Below are positions 1 through 9,078 of a DNA stretch of 64,000 nt, piece after piece. The notes under the pieces are model-generated. The model searched no databases, was not told the DNA's origin, and saw only the letters and a program-made list of their open reading frames with translations. The stretch spans positions 5,142-69,141 of the forward strand of contig JALNVI010000004.1 in NCBI GenBank assembly GCA_023231425.1, read 5' to 3'. Origin of the DNA: Desulforhopalus sp. (GTDB lineage Bacteria > Desulfobacterota > Desulfobulbia > Desulfobulbales > Desulfocapsaceae). A program made the translations under genes and the position numbers. How positions within the stretch are numbered: the first letter of the stretch is position 1; each line of letters opens with the position of its first letter.

Positions 1-59
1 AGGAAATATTTATTCCCCCACGAATCAGTTAAACATCTCATTAAACAGAGAAATCAGTC

Positions 60-1088
60 ATGTATTCGCTGCTTCTTGCTGCCACCGATCCCACGTTCAA
101 CCTCGCACTTGAAGAACATCTCTTCTCCACCATGCCTGCCGACCACCCGGGGTGGTTTCTGCTGTGGCGCAATCACCCGTCAATTATCGTCGGCCGACAC
201 CAGAACACCCTTGAGGAGATCAATCAGCAGCTGGTGCAAAAATATCAGCTCGACGTCGTCCGGCGAATCACCGGCGGCGGTGCCGTATTCCACGACGAAG
301 GCAATCTTAACTACTCCTTCCTGCACCACAGCGATGCTGCAGGTATCATTGATTTCAAGCGATATCTCACCCCCATCGCCAAAGCCCTTGCAGAACTGGG
401 AGTAAAGGCTGAGCTTTCCAGCCGAAACGATCTCACCGTCGACGGTAAAAAAATCTCTGGTGCCGCACAGACCCGCAGGGGAAGACGAGTCCTGCACCAC
501 GGCACCATGCTTGTTAATCTAAACATGGACATGCTTGAAGCTGTTCTCACCGGCGCACCGGATAAATATCTTTCCAGGGGGATCAGTTCGGTACGCAGCC
601 GGGTCATCAACCTCAGCGAGGTGTGGCCGCAACACACCACCATGGAGACACTTCAGGATGTATTTATCCGCAACTGTACAAGTGCGCCGGGAGAGCTGCG
701 CGAAGAGGATATTGCTGCAGCCGAACAGCTTGCCGATAAAAAATATCGCACCTGGGAGTGGAACTACGGCAAATCCCCGCGTTACACCGAAAAATTGCGC
801 CACCGCTTTCCATGGGGTGCCGTTGATGCCCGTCTTGATATCCAGCAGGGAATCATCCAGCACTGCAGCATCTCGGGAGACTTTTTCGCCGAACTGCCGA
901 TTGAAGAGCTCACCGCCCGCCTGCAGGGAGTCGCCCATACCCCGCCGGCCATCACCACAGCGCTGGCCGGGCTGAATCTGCCGCGCTACTTCACAGGCAG
1001 CAGCTCAGCGGAATTGCTCACCTTTTTCACTCAACCAGAAGGAAACCCCGAAGGCGGTTCTCGAATCGCAGAAGTACAAAACAGATAA
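60..1088 (+). CDS. lplA: lipoate--protein ligase A
   Basis: 342-aa ORF; WRNHPSIIVGRHQN and RRITGGGAVFHDEGNLNYSF motifs of the LplA-type catalytic domain; full LplA length. Confidence 0.85.
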   Translation: MYSLLLAATDPTFNLALEEHLFSTMPADHPGWFLLWRNHPSIIVGRHQNTLEEINQQLVQKYQLDVVRRITGGGAVFHDEGNLNYSFLHHSDAAGIIDFKRYLTPIAKALAELGVKAELSSRNDLTVDGKKISGAAQTRRGRRVLHHGTMLVNLNMDMLEAVLTGAPDKYLSRGISSVRSRVINLSEVWPQHTTMETLQDVFIRNCTSAPGELREEDIAAAEQLADKKYRTWEWNYGKSPRYTEKLRHRFPWGAVDARLDIQQGIIQHCSISGDFFAELPIEELTARLQGVAHTPPAITTALAGLNLPRYFTGSSSAELLTFFTQPEGNPEGGSRIAEVQNR

Positions 1089-1132
1089 CCCTGAGCTGCC
1101 TGTCCAATCCCAAACTCTTTTTCAGACTCGGA

Positions 1133-1167
1133 CAGCCTGACAAAATTTTCACCAGGCTGACTTTTTT
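1133..1167 (+). terminator. weak intrinsic terminator after lplA
   Basis: 7-bp stem cagcctg/caggctg, 13-nt loop, then acTTTTTT; about 45 nt past the lplA stop. Confidence 0.4.
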
Positions 1168-1337
1168 CGCCATAATCTCCTTCCCAAATCGTTTTCAGCA
1201 CTTCAAGGAAAAACAGACCTTTGAGGGATTGTTGAAAATTGCCAAAATTCGTGCTTTAGTAGAGCGCATTGTCAACGGGGAAAATGTCAGGCGCCTCTGC
1301 CTGCCCAGGTCTACTGGTTGCCCGTTATGTACCAGAG

Positions 1338-1380
1338 GGCACCTTGAATAATCTTGTATTTCGTCCATATTCAAGGTACC
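1338..1380. repeat. family-1 element, 43-bp minimal hairpin form
   Basis: ggcaccttgaataatcttgtatttcgtccatattcaaggtacc = the two family-1 termini joined without internal modules; flanked by direct CCAGAG at 1332-1337 and 1381-1386. Confidence 0.7.
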
Positions 1381-1467
1381 CCAGAGTATTGCGAATCTCC
1401 GCCCAGCGGAAAAACTCACATGCTCATCAACTCTCCAGAGCATTGAATTCAAACTGAGGAATATTCC

Positions 1468-2415
1468 ATGAAAATTGCTGTTGTTGAACCCCTTGCCGTT
1501 GAAACATCTCAACTTGATGAGATTATTAACGCATCCCTCGGCAGTTCCCTGAAGGATGTCACTATCGAGCACTTTGCAAAAAGGACTGCCGACGAAGCGG
1601 AACTGATTGCCCGCAGCAAGGATGCGGAGATCGTGGTTATAGGTAACGTCCCCTTCCCGCGAAGCGTACTGGAGAAGTGCCCCAAACTGAAAATGCTGGC
1701 CATCGCTTTCACCGGTTTTGACCACGTCGACGTTGATTACTGCCATGAACACGGCATTGTGGTGAGCAACTGCTCCGGCTACGCCACTGTGGCCACGGCG
1801 GAACTGGCCATCGGTCTCCTTCTCGCCGTCTACCGCAATATCGTGCCATGCGACGATGCCACCCGCAAAGGTGGCACGAAAGCAGGGCTGGAAGGATTTG
1901 AGCTCTCCGGGAAAACCATGGGCATAATTGGTACCGGCGCCATCGGCGGCCATACCGCCAGACTGGCACAGGCCTTCGGCATGAAGGTCATCGCCTTCAA
2001 CCGCACAAAGCGTGACAACGGCCTGGAGTATAAGAGTCTTGATGAGGTCCTGACCGAGTCTGACGCAATCTCTCTGCATGTACCGGTTACAGCAGAGACA
2101 AGAGGAATGATCGGCGCACGTGAACTGGGATTGATGAAGAAAAGCGCGGTGCTCATCAACGTCGCCCGCGGACCGATCGTTGACAATACAGCACTGGCCG
2201 ATGCCCTTAACTCCGGCAGAATTGCCGGTGCCGGCATTGACGTTTTCGACATGGAACCCCCCCTTCCAGCCAGCTATCCACTGGTAAAGGCGAAAAACAC
2301 TGTGATCACTCCCCACGTCGCCTATGCCACGGCTGAATCGATGCTCAAGCGGGCAAAGATTGAGTTTGACAATATAAAGGCGTTTCTTGATGGTGTTCCA
2401 ACAAATGTCATCTGA
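1468..2415 (+). CDS. D-isomer-specific 2-hydroxyacid dehydrogenase (NAD-binding)
   Basis: 315-aa ORF; GIIGTGAIGG Rossmann motif, ARGPIVD and catalytic-domain layout of glycerate/phosphoglycerate dehydrogenase-like enzymes; GAGGA RBS before ATG. Confidence 0.85.
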   Translation: MKIAVVEPLAVETSQLDEIINASLGSSLKDVTIEHFAKRTADEAELIARSKDAEIVVIGNVPFPRSVLEKCPKLKMLAIAFTGFDHVDVDYCHEHGIVVSNCSGYATVATAELAIGLLLAVYRNIVPCDDATRKGGTKAGLEGFELSGKTMGIIGTGAIGGHTARLAQAFGMKVIAFNRTKRDNGLEYKSLDEVLTESDAISLHVPVTAETRGMIGARELGLMKKSAVLINVARGPIVDNTALADALNSGRIAGAGIDVFDMEPPLPASYPLVKAKNTVITPHVAYATAESMLKRAKIEFDNIKAFLDGVPTNVI

Positions 2416-2439
2416 GAGGCAAATCGACCTCATACACCC

Positions 2440-2476
2440 AAAAAGGCTGACCAGAATTTCTGGTCAGCCTTTTTTA
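2440..2476. terminator. bidirectional intrinsic terminator
   Basis: aaaaaggctgaccag / ctggtcagccttttt perfect stem flanked by A-run and T-run, between convergent dehydrogenase and tetR-family genes. Confidence 0.6.
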
Positions 2477-2517
2477 TTCATCGCACATTTACAGAAGAGA
2501 TATCTCTCTGCACGCCT

Positions 2518-3087
2518 TCAATTCCACGGCAGCCAGGGCAGTCCAACCCGCAGCCCTTTCAGCATAAGCTCCGCAGAGCCCTGCTGATACCCATAAATCC
2601 GCACGCCGAAAATATGCAGCATGATACTCACAGCCCTCTCAGAACTCGTCTCTTCATCATACTCACGCTCAAGATAACTGCGGAAAAGAGACTCCACCTC
2701 TTTGAGCTGGTTTGCAGCGAAGTCATGGAGATTATTCTTTTTCCCATCATCAGTCAGCTCCAGTTGAGTTTTTACCAGCAGACAGCTGCAATAGTCCACA
2801 CTGATGGATTCTGCCACCGTGTTTTCCAGGTGGGCTAGAATTCCCTCGTTAATACTCTCTGCACCGTCAATTGTCTCACGTATCTTTGCCATCGATTTCG
2901 CACTGTAGCTCGTCAAGACCTCGCGAAACAATGATTCCTTATTGCCGAAGGAGTGGTAAATTGAACCGGGTTTAAGCCCGGTGGTCTCCACAATCTGCTG
3001 CATTGATGAGGCCTTAAAACCATTGTGACAAAACAGCCACATTGATTTATCTATAACCTCGTCTCTTTTAAAAAGCACTTTGGCCAT
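2518..3087 (-). CDS. TetR/AcrR family transcriptional regulator
   Basis: N-terminal HTH (FKASSMQQIVETTGLKPGSIYHSFGNKESLF) typical of TetR; start moved to MAKVLFK (ATG 3087) which has an AGGAGG RBS; ORF-track start 3126 is an upstream extension. Confidence 0.85.
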   Translation of the reverse strand: MAKVLFKRDEVIDKSMWLFCHNGFKASSMQQIVETTGLKPGSIYHSFGNKESLFREVLTSYSAKSMAKIRETIDGAESINEGILAHLENTVAESISVDYCSCLLVKTQLELTDDGKKNNLHDFAANQLKEVESLFRSYLEREYDEETSSERAVSIMLHIFGVRIYGYQQGSAELMLKGLRVGLPWLPWN

Positions 3088-3160
3088 TTTGTATCCTCCT
3101 TCTTCAGCAAAATTCAGAAAACCCAATTATTCTCAGTAAAGACAGGAGCATAACATCTAT

Positions 3161-3215
3161 TTATTGAATAGTCACTCAATAAGGAATTGACAAGAGACCT
3201 CCCCGAACATATTTT
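3161..3215 (+). promoter_or_regulatory. candidate TetR operator plus sigma70-like promoter for the DsbA-family gene
   Basis: inverted repeat TTATTGA-N8-TCAATAA (3161-3182) followed by TTGACA (3187-3192), 17-nt spacer, TATTTT (3210-3215) in the tetR/dsbA-like divergent intergenic region. Confidence 0.35.
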
Positions 3216-3282
3216 GACTAAATGATCAAAATCATCTTGAGGAATACGCTCCATTTCCCGAAAATCAAGAAAGAGGTCTCTA

Positions 3283-3930
3283 ATGGAAGGCATTGTGAAA
3301 GTTGATATCATCTCCGATGTGATGTGCCCGTGGTGTATCGTCGGTTATAAAAGGCTCGAAACGGCCATTAACGAAATGGGATTGCAGGGGAAGGTGCAGA
3401 TTGAGTGGCACCCCTTTGAACTCAACCCGAATGAAACGGAAGAAGGTGAAGACTCCCGCAAGCACATGGAGAGGAAATACGCCATGACGCCGAAAGAGAG
3501 CAGAGAGTTTCAAACGCAGATAACGTCCCTTGCAAAAGAGGTTGGTTTCACCTTTGATTTCGACAAATGCACCCGCATAGTCAACTCCCGCGACTGCCAT
3601 ATTCTGCTGCAATTCGCCAAAGAGCATGGCAGGCAGACAGAACTGAAGATACGATTTTTTACGGCCCATTTTAGCGAAGGGAAAAATGTCGCCGACCGTA
3701 AACAACTTTTGAAAGAGGTGGAAGCAGTCGATCTCAACGCTGAAGAAGCGTATGCACGGCTCAATGATGAATCTGCCGTTGATCAGCTGAGAGAAGAGGA
3801 ACGTCACTGGCAGCAGGCAGGAATTACTGCTGTTCCAACCATGATCTTTAACGGGTTGCCCCGACTGATCGGGGCGCAGCCTGTTGACGAGTACAAAAGG
3901 CTGCTGAAAAGACTGACCGCAAAGAAATAA
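3283..3930 (+). CDS. DsbA-family thiol oxidoreductase (FrnE/HCCA isomerase-like)
   Basis: 215-aa ORF with N-terminal DIISDVMCPWC(I)VGY CxxC thioredoxin-fold motif characteristic of DsbA/FrnE-like proteins. Confidence 0.8.
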   Translation: MEGIVKVDIISDVMCPWCIVGYKRLETAINEMGLQGKVQIEWHPFELNPNETEEGEDSRKHMERKYAMTPKESREFQTQITSLAKEVGFTFDFDKCTRIVNSRDCHILLQFAKEHGRQTELKIRFFTAHFSEGKNVADRKQLLKEVEAVDLNAEEAYARLNDESAVDQLREEERHWQQAGITAVPTMIFNGLPRLIGAQPVDEYKRLLKRLTAKK

Positions 3931-4141
3931 CTGCCTGACAACCTGTCGTTCCGGCAGACAGAGATGCAAAACACCTCTCCCTGTCTCCAGAAAACAGCCC
4001 GCCGCCAGACGATTCCTTTCCGGTTCAGGTGCATCCATTATGATAAAAGGTTTTCTCCTTAAAAGATAAGCCACGAGACTGTCAAACTTCCACCTCCGGC
4101 AGCTAACTCGTCGAACTCTCTATTTTTTATTCATTCTCCCG

Positions 4142-4169
4142 TTGACAATGGCTCCATAAGGAGTATATT
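4142..4169 (+). promoter_or_regulatory. near-consensus sigma70-like promoter with no ORF for about 420 nt downstream
   Basis: TTGACA (4142-4147), 16-nt spacer, TATATT (4164-4169). Confidence 0.35.
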
Positions 4170-4589
4170 CTTTTTCCCTTATATGTAAGCATCTAGAAAC
4201 AGTTAGGCCTTGTCAAAAGATCTGCCTGCTCCGGGCCCCTGACCGACACGCTTATCCTCCTCAGCTTTGAAAAAAGCTGCAGGGCCACTCAGGCCCGTCC
4301 AGCGCTATGCGGAGCACCATGTCTGCGGGCTTGCCATAGTTGGGATATTGACTCCTTTAAATGAATCAGTGAAACCTTCTCGGACACACCATGGAAAGAG
4401 GACAGCAGTGACCATCAATACGGTTGCCCCCTAAACACCCGGAAGATTTACTGTGCAGTGCCAAAATGGCGGTCGTAACGTATATCTTCTTTGAAAAAAG
4501 AGACAGCTCTTACCGAAACTCATTGCCAACTCCTCTCTTTTCCATGGAGAAAGAGTCTATATAGAAACCTGTAGAAGAGAAAAAATATA

Positions 4590-4946
4590 ATGATTATTGA
4601 TTATGACGTACAGATTATCAAGGAAAGTGGACGACCGGCTTTTGTGGTAGTTCCCTACGCGAAATGGATTCAACTCAGTGGCGACAATGACGCCGGCGGA
4701 GTCTATATTCCCTCTGAGGTGCGGATCATGCACGCCAAAACCGGCCTCTCGCTGATCGCCTCCTGGCGCAGGCACCTGAAAATCACCCAGCGCGAACTGG
4801 CTGAAGATCTCGGGATGACCCAGCCAGCCATCGCCCAGATTGAAAAAGCGGGGACCAAAAACAGACCCGAAACCCTTGAGAAAATAGCCCACGCACTGAA
4901 AATTGAGGTGGAACAGCTCACCGTTAACTTTCCACACTCCTCCTGA
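4590..4946 (+). CDS. XRE-family helix-turn-helix protein (antitoxin-like, orphan)
   Basis: 118-aa ORF; C-terminal HTH LKITQRELAEDLGMTQPAIAQIEKAG typical of XRE/HigA-like antitoxins; no partner toxin ORF seen. Confidence 0.6.
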   Translation: MIIDYDVQIIKESGRPAFVVVPYAKWIQLSGDNDAGGVYIPSEVRIMHAKTGLSLIASWRRHLKITQRELAEDLGMTQPAIAQIEKAGTKNRPETLEKIAHALKIEVEQLTVNFPHSS

Positions 4947-5089
4947 AAAAAAAAAGCCCCCCGCTTTGCAGAATACAAGGAGCCGCACAGAGCGGGGCTT
5001 AATGTCTGACAATCTTTTTGCCATCCTTCTTCAAGGTGCTCATCCTGTATATAGCGGAAAGAGAGAAGAGCAGAAATTTCAACCGCTGG

Positions 5090-5800
5090 TCACACCTCTT
5101 TGAACATGTACCCGACTCCGGCAACGGTCTCGACTTTCACCCCTTCCACCTGTGCCTTTGCCATCTTTTTACGGATATTGGCAACGTGCATAACCAGTGC
5201 TCTGGTCTCCACCGGTTTTTTGTAGCCAGGGACATCGCTGAGCAGGTCAACATGGGAGGCGACGGAGGCTTTACGCTCGACAAGGTAGAGCAGCAGATCA
5301 AACTCTGTTTTGGTGAGTTTCAAAAAATCAGCCCCCCCCCCACGATAATTTCACGGGCCAGCGGTTTAATGACGATATTACCGAAAGGCATCTCGCTGAC
5401 CAGGCTGCGTTGAGCAGATAAATCGAAGCGGCGCAAAACGCTCTTCACCCTCGAAAGCAGTTCCCGTGTGCTGAACGGTTTCCCCACATAATCATCAGCA
5501 CCGTGATCCAGTCCTTTCACCTTGTCATCCACCGTATTTTTATCGGTGAGCATGATAATGGGAGTCTGGTTGCCACCAGCGCGCAGATTGGCGAGAACGG
5601 TTAAACCCGTCCACAAAGGGCATCACCACATCAAGAAGGATGATATCCGGCTGAATCTCATCCACACGCGCAACCATGTCCCGCCCGTATTCTTCGGTAA
5701 AGACCTCTGCACCCTGTGATTCAAAACAGGTTCGCAGAAGAGAAAGAATTCCCTCATCATCTTCAGCAATGAGTATTTTCGTTCCAGCAAGGTCATTCAT
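5090..5800 (-). pseudogene. OmpR-family response regulator, two frameshifts
   Basis: three consecutive minus-strand ORFs (5540-5800, 5320-5616, 5090-5323) spell a receiver ([52 protein letters not shown]) and a winged-helix output (LTKTEFDLLLYL, VANIRKK, GVGYMF); frame breaks near 5600 and in the C10 run 5332-5341. Confidence 0.8.
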
Positions 5801-6758
5801 TTCAAAAGCTCCTGAGCAGAAAACTCCGTGACATCCTGCAGAGGTGCAGATGAGGAGGCAAACCCTGCTCTTGAAAAGTTTTGACGGATTGTAGAATTTT
5901 TTGTGTGCAGTCTACTGCTCTTATGGAAAAAAAAGTTGCCGAACAGTATTTTCCTTTCCCTCTTTACTCTAAAAGACTATGTACTTACATATTTGGCAGT
6001 CTGTAATTGCACAATCAGCAGCTCAGATACAACTCCGGAGGAAATTGGCTGCTCCCTCTGCATGCCAGAAAAGAGAGTTCATGCATGGAGAGGCCAACCT
6101 CACTCTCTCCACGCAGCCGCACGAAAAGATCAAGACCGCGTGCAGGATACAACAGTCACTGCATCGTCCGCCCGGTATGTTTCCGCTCAATCGGAAAGAG
6201 GAGAACGAACTCGCCACCGAACCCCTCATGCTCCATCAACAATTTACCGAACAGTTTTTTGCCAGCCACAAGTTCCGGCAGGGCACGATCACTGCCATTC
6301 AGCATAACATCTCTGCCACAACCGGCGAATCTTTTTCCAGTCAGACAGTCACACCACAGAAGAGAAGCGCCAGGCCCTGCAGTCAGTTGAGGACAACGTC
6401 ATCGGAGACGGGTCTGCCCCCGCAAAGGAAAATGACGAACAGAAGGAACGCCACAGATACCGCCTTAAATTTACCAATACGGAACGCTCAGGAAAGAGTG
6501 CGGACATTATGGCGTATCACGCAGCAGTATTTACCAGCTTGAGCAAAACACACTGAAGCACCTGCGCAGTTTTCTCACACCTGAGTCACCCGAGGTCTCC
6601 ACTTGGAAATTACCGGGAAATCATCTCCAGGTCTCTTTACTCTCGCATTTTCAGCAAGGGTAATGTATTTTGTTTGTCCCGCTTTTTTCAAATATAAATA
6701 TCAACGCAATAACAGCACGTTAGCATCCTTAAACAAAATTTTCCCGTGGTGCCCGAAA

Positions 6759-7625
6759 ATGGCCAAAAAAACAAAAAATCCAGAGTTCAAAGCGGTGATA
6801 TCTGACATCGTACTTATCACCCTGGGCTCTTTCATATACGCCATTGGGGCCAATGCGATCCTTGCACATCACGACTTCATCACCGGTGGTCTCTACGGTG
6901 CGGCACTGCTCACGGCCCGTATCACCGGCACGTTCACCCCCGGGCTGTGGTATCTGATCTTCAACATTCCGCTGCTCTATATCAGCTGGAAAACTTTCAG
7001 TCGCCGTTTCTTTGTCTATACGACCTATGGGATCCTCATACAGACCTTCTTTCTAGAAATACTGAAGCTGAACTATCCCATCCAGGACCAGCTCTACGCC
7101 GCTATTGCCAGTGGGGTTATCACTGGTGTCGGGTGTGGTGTAATCCTGCGTTCACGGGGGTCGGGAGGCGGACTGGATGTTGTGGCACTCTTCCTGCTGC
7201 GCAAATGGAATCTCGGGGTTGGGAAATTCTATCTCATCTTCAACACAGCCCTGTTTGTCTTCCTTGCCGCCCGCTATACACCGGATATATTGATTTCCTC
7301 CATCATCCTCTCTTTCACTTCTTCGATACTGATTGAGCAGGTGTTGACACTCTCAAACGCACGGAAAATTGTCTATATTCTCAGTGAACATTATGAGCGG
7401 ATTGTTAAAGTAATCACCCTTGAGATGAAAATGGGTGCCACCCTGATCAACGTCCGGGGTGCCTACTCTGGTCACGACAAGCAGATGGTAATGACGATTA
7501 CCAATAATCTGCAGATGAAGAAACTTGAGGATGTAGTCTTTGCCGAAGATCCTGATGCTCTGTTTATCGCTGAGAACAGTTTTAACGTCATTGGTTCCAG
7601 CTTCGGTAAGAGAAAGATGTATTAG
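6759..7625 (+). CDS. YitT-family membrane protein (DUF2179 C-terminal domain)
   Basis: multi-TM N-terminal part with GGxYG-like motif (ITGGLYGAALL, RSRGSGGGLDV) and soluble C-terminal domain; start set to ATG 6759 (MAKKTKN), upstream part of the track ORF looks non-coding. Confidence 0.8.
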   Translation: MAKKTKNPEFKAVISDIVLITLGSFIYAIGANAILAHHDFITGGLYGAALLTARITGTFTPGLWYLIFNIPLLYISWKTFSRRFFVYTTYGILIQTFFLEILKLNYPIQDQLYAAIASGVITGVGCGVILRSRGSGGGLDVVALFLLRKWNLGVGKFYLIFNTALFVFLAARYTPDILISSIILSFTSSILIEQVLTLSNARKIVYILSEHYERIVKVITLEMKMGATLINVRGAYSGHDKQMVMTITNNLQMKKLEDVVFAEDPDALFIAENSFNVIGSSFGKRKMY

Positions 7626-7700
7626 CAGTCTGTCCGAGACAGGCTCCCAGGAAAAAAAGCGCACCGTAAAAGGGGAAACTTTCAGGAAGCAATTTTCCCT

Positions 7701-8629
7701 TTACTGCACTCCTTCAAACCCTGCACCGCAACCTCGGCAAGCCAGCTGAGCATCCACACCAGAGAGTTCTGCACTCCCTTTGACAACACGTTTCACCGCC
7801 GCCAGCACCCGTTCCCGGACCTCCGTCCAGATGGCACGGACAGTACCACGCAGAACAACCTCTCCGGCGATTGCGTTGCGCACCGTACCGGCGTAAAATT
7901 CACCGACGGTAATCACCACCGCGGTGTTGGGACCACTCTCCCGCGACACGACTGTCTGCAGGGCCTGAATCAATGTCGCCCGGCGACAACACAGTCCCGG
8001 GCCTCCTGCGGTTGTGCCGCATGGCCACCGTGTCCGAGAAGATGGATGGGTACCTTGAATAATCTTGTATTTCGTTCCTATTCAAGGTTCCCGAATATCA
8101 AAGGGGTCGGCAAAGGAACAGATCGGCCCCCCATCCACGGTGATACAGTCGGAAGGGAAATGGGTGTCAAGATAACCGCCGAACACAGCGTCAACTCCCT
8201 CCAGAACCCCTGCCCGCACCATTTTATCCGCGCCGTTACCATTCTCCTCTGCGGGTTGAAAGAACAACCGCACCTCGCCACAGAAATTCCGTTTCTGCAG
8301 GAGTCGTACCACAACCAGGCAGAGCCGCCACATGACCGTCGTGGCCGCAGGCGTACATCTTTCCTGCCACCTCAGAGGCAAACGCCAGTCCGATACACTC
8401 CTGTATCGGCAGGGCATCCATATCCCGCCCGCAGGGCCACCACCGGTCCGTCACCTTTTTTCAGGACAGCGACAATTCCAGTACCAGCAACACCACTCCG
8501 TGCGGGGATCCCAGGGGGTTCAAGCTCGCTGCAGATCAACGCGGCGGTCTGCATTTCCTCAAAGGCCAGTTCCGGGTGACGATGCAGACTCCGGCGAATT
8601 TGTCGCATATATGGCAGTAACTCTTCCAC
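7701..8629 (-). pseudogene. M20-family amidohydrolase (N-acyl-amino-acid/hippurate hydrolase-like), degraded
   Basis: fragments in three frames: IRRSLHRHPELAFEE (8372-8629), [18 protein letters not shown] (8236-8454), [11 protein letters not shown] (8082-8417), HLLGHGGHAAQP and LQTVVSRE..VVITVG (7701-8045); interrupted by a family-1 repeat at 8048-8092. Confidence 0.8.
8048..8092. repeat. family-1 element, minimal form, inserted inside the M20 gene
   Basis: gggtaccttgaataatcttgtatttcgttcctattcaaggttccc; same architecture as 1338-1380; introduces a stop in the M20 reading frame. Confidence 0.7.
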
Positions 8630-8632
8630 GGC

Positions 8633-9067
8633 TCAGCGAATACGGATGGAACCGACAGTCGCGGACTGCACGACGGCCTTGTTTTTTTTACCCCTGAGAC
8701 CAGGTCTCTCAATACTGAGATCTATCGGCCTTGACGTTGAAACCTCCTCTAAATCATCTTCGTCAACAATAACGGCTTCCGCGATCTCGGGAAATTTTTC
8801 CTCCTCAAGGTCTTCCACCAACGTCCAGCGTCCCTTCGCCAGCACCGGCTTTTCCACTGCCTCGGGCACGAAATCATCAATCCTGCTGAGTGGCTGTTTT
8901 AAAATAGCAGTCAATCCCTCAAGGGTCTCTACCACCGAGACAAGTTCCCACCCCACCCTGCCATATTCGTTCAGCGAGGTTTCGATCTCATCCTCATCAA
9001 GAAAGGCACTGCCGAGCAACCCCTCTTTCTTCATCATGTAGTGAACTGTTTTATAACTCCAGCGCAT
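8633..9067 (-). CDS. DUF4177-like small protein
   Basis: 144-aa ORF; N-terminal WSYKTV...GLLG....E..LNEYGRVGWELVSV pattern resembles DUF4177; AAGGAG RBS; acidic C-terminal tail. Confidence 0.6.
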   Translation of the reverse strand: MRWSYKTVHYMMKKEGLLGSAFLDEDEIETSLNEYGRVGWELVSVVETLEGLTAILKQPLSRIDDFVPEAVEKPVLAKGRWTLVEDLEEEKFPEIAEAVIVDEDDLEEVSTSRPIDLSIERPGLRGKKNKAVVQSATVGSIRIR

Positions 9068-9078
9068 AATTTTTCTCC

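Noticed and set aside
1195-2433. 412-aa minus-strand ORF
   Set aside because: It is antisense to the well-supported 2-hydroxyacid dehydrogenase gene, and its Gly/Ala/Val-rich shadow-frame composition fits that. It also reads through a repeat.
5979-6542. 187-aa ORF and overlapping ORFs in the 5.9-6.5 kb region
   Set aside because: They are mutually overlapping in three frames, have low-complexity Arg/Ser/Pro-rich translations, and lack an RBS or recognisable motif. The region is kept only as an unexplained-region finding.
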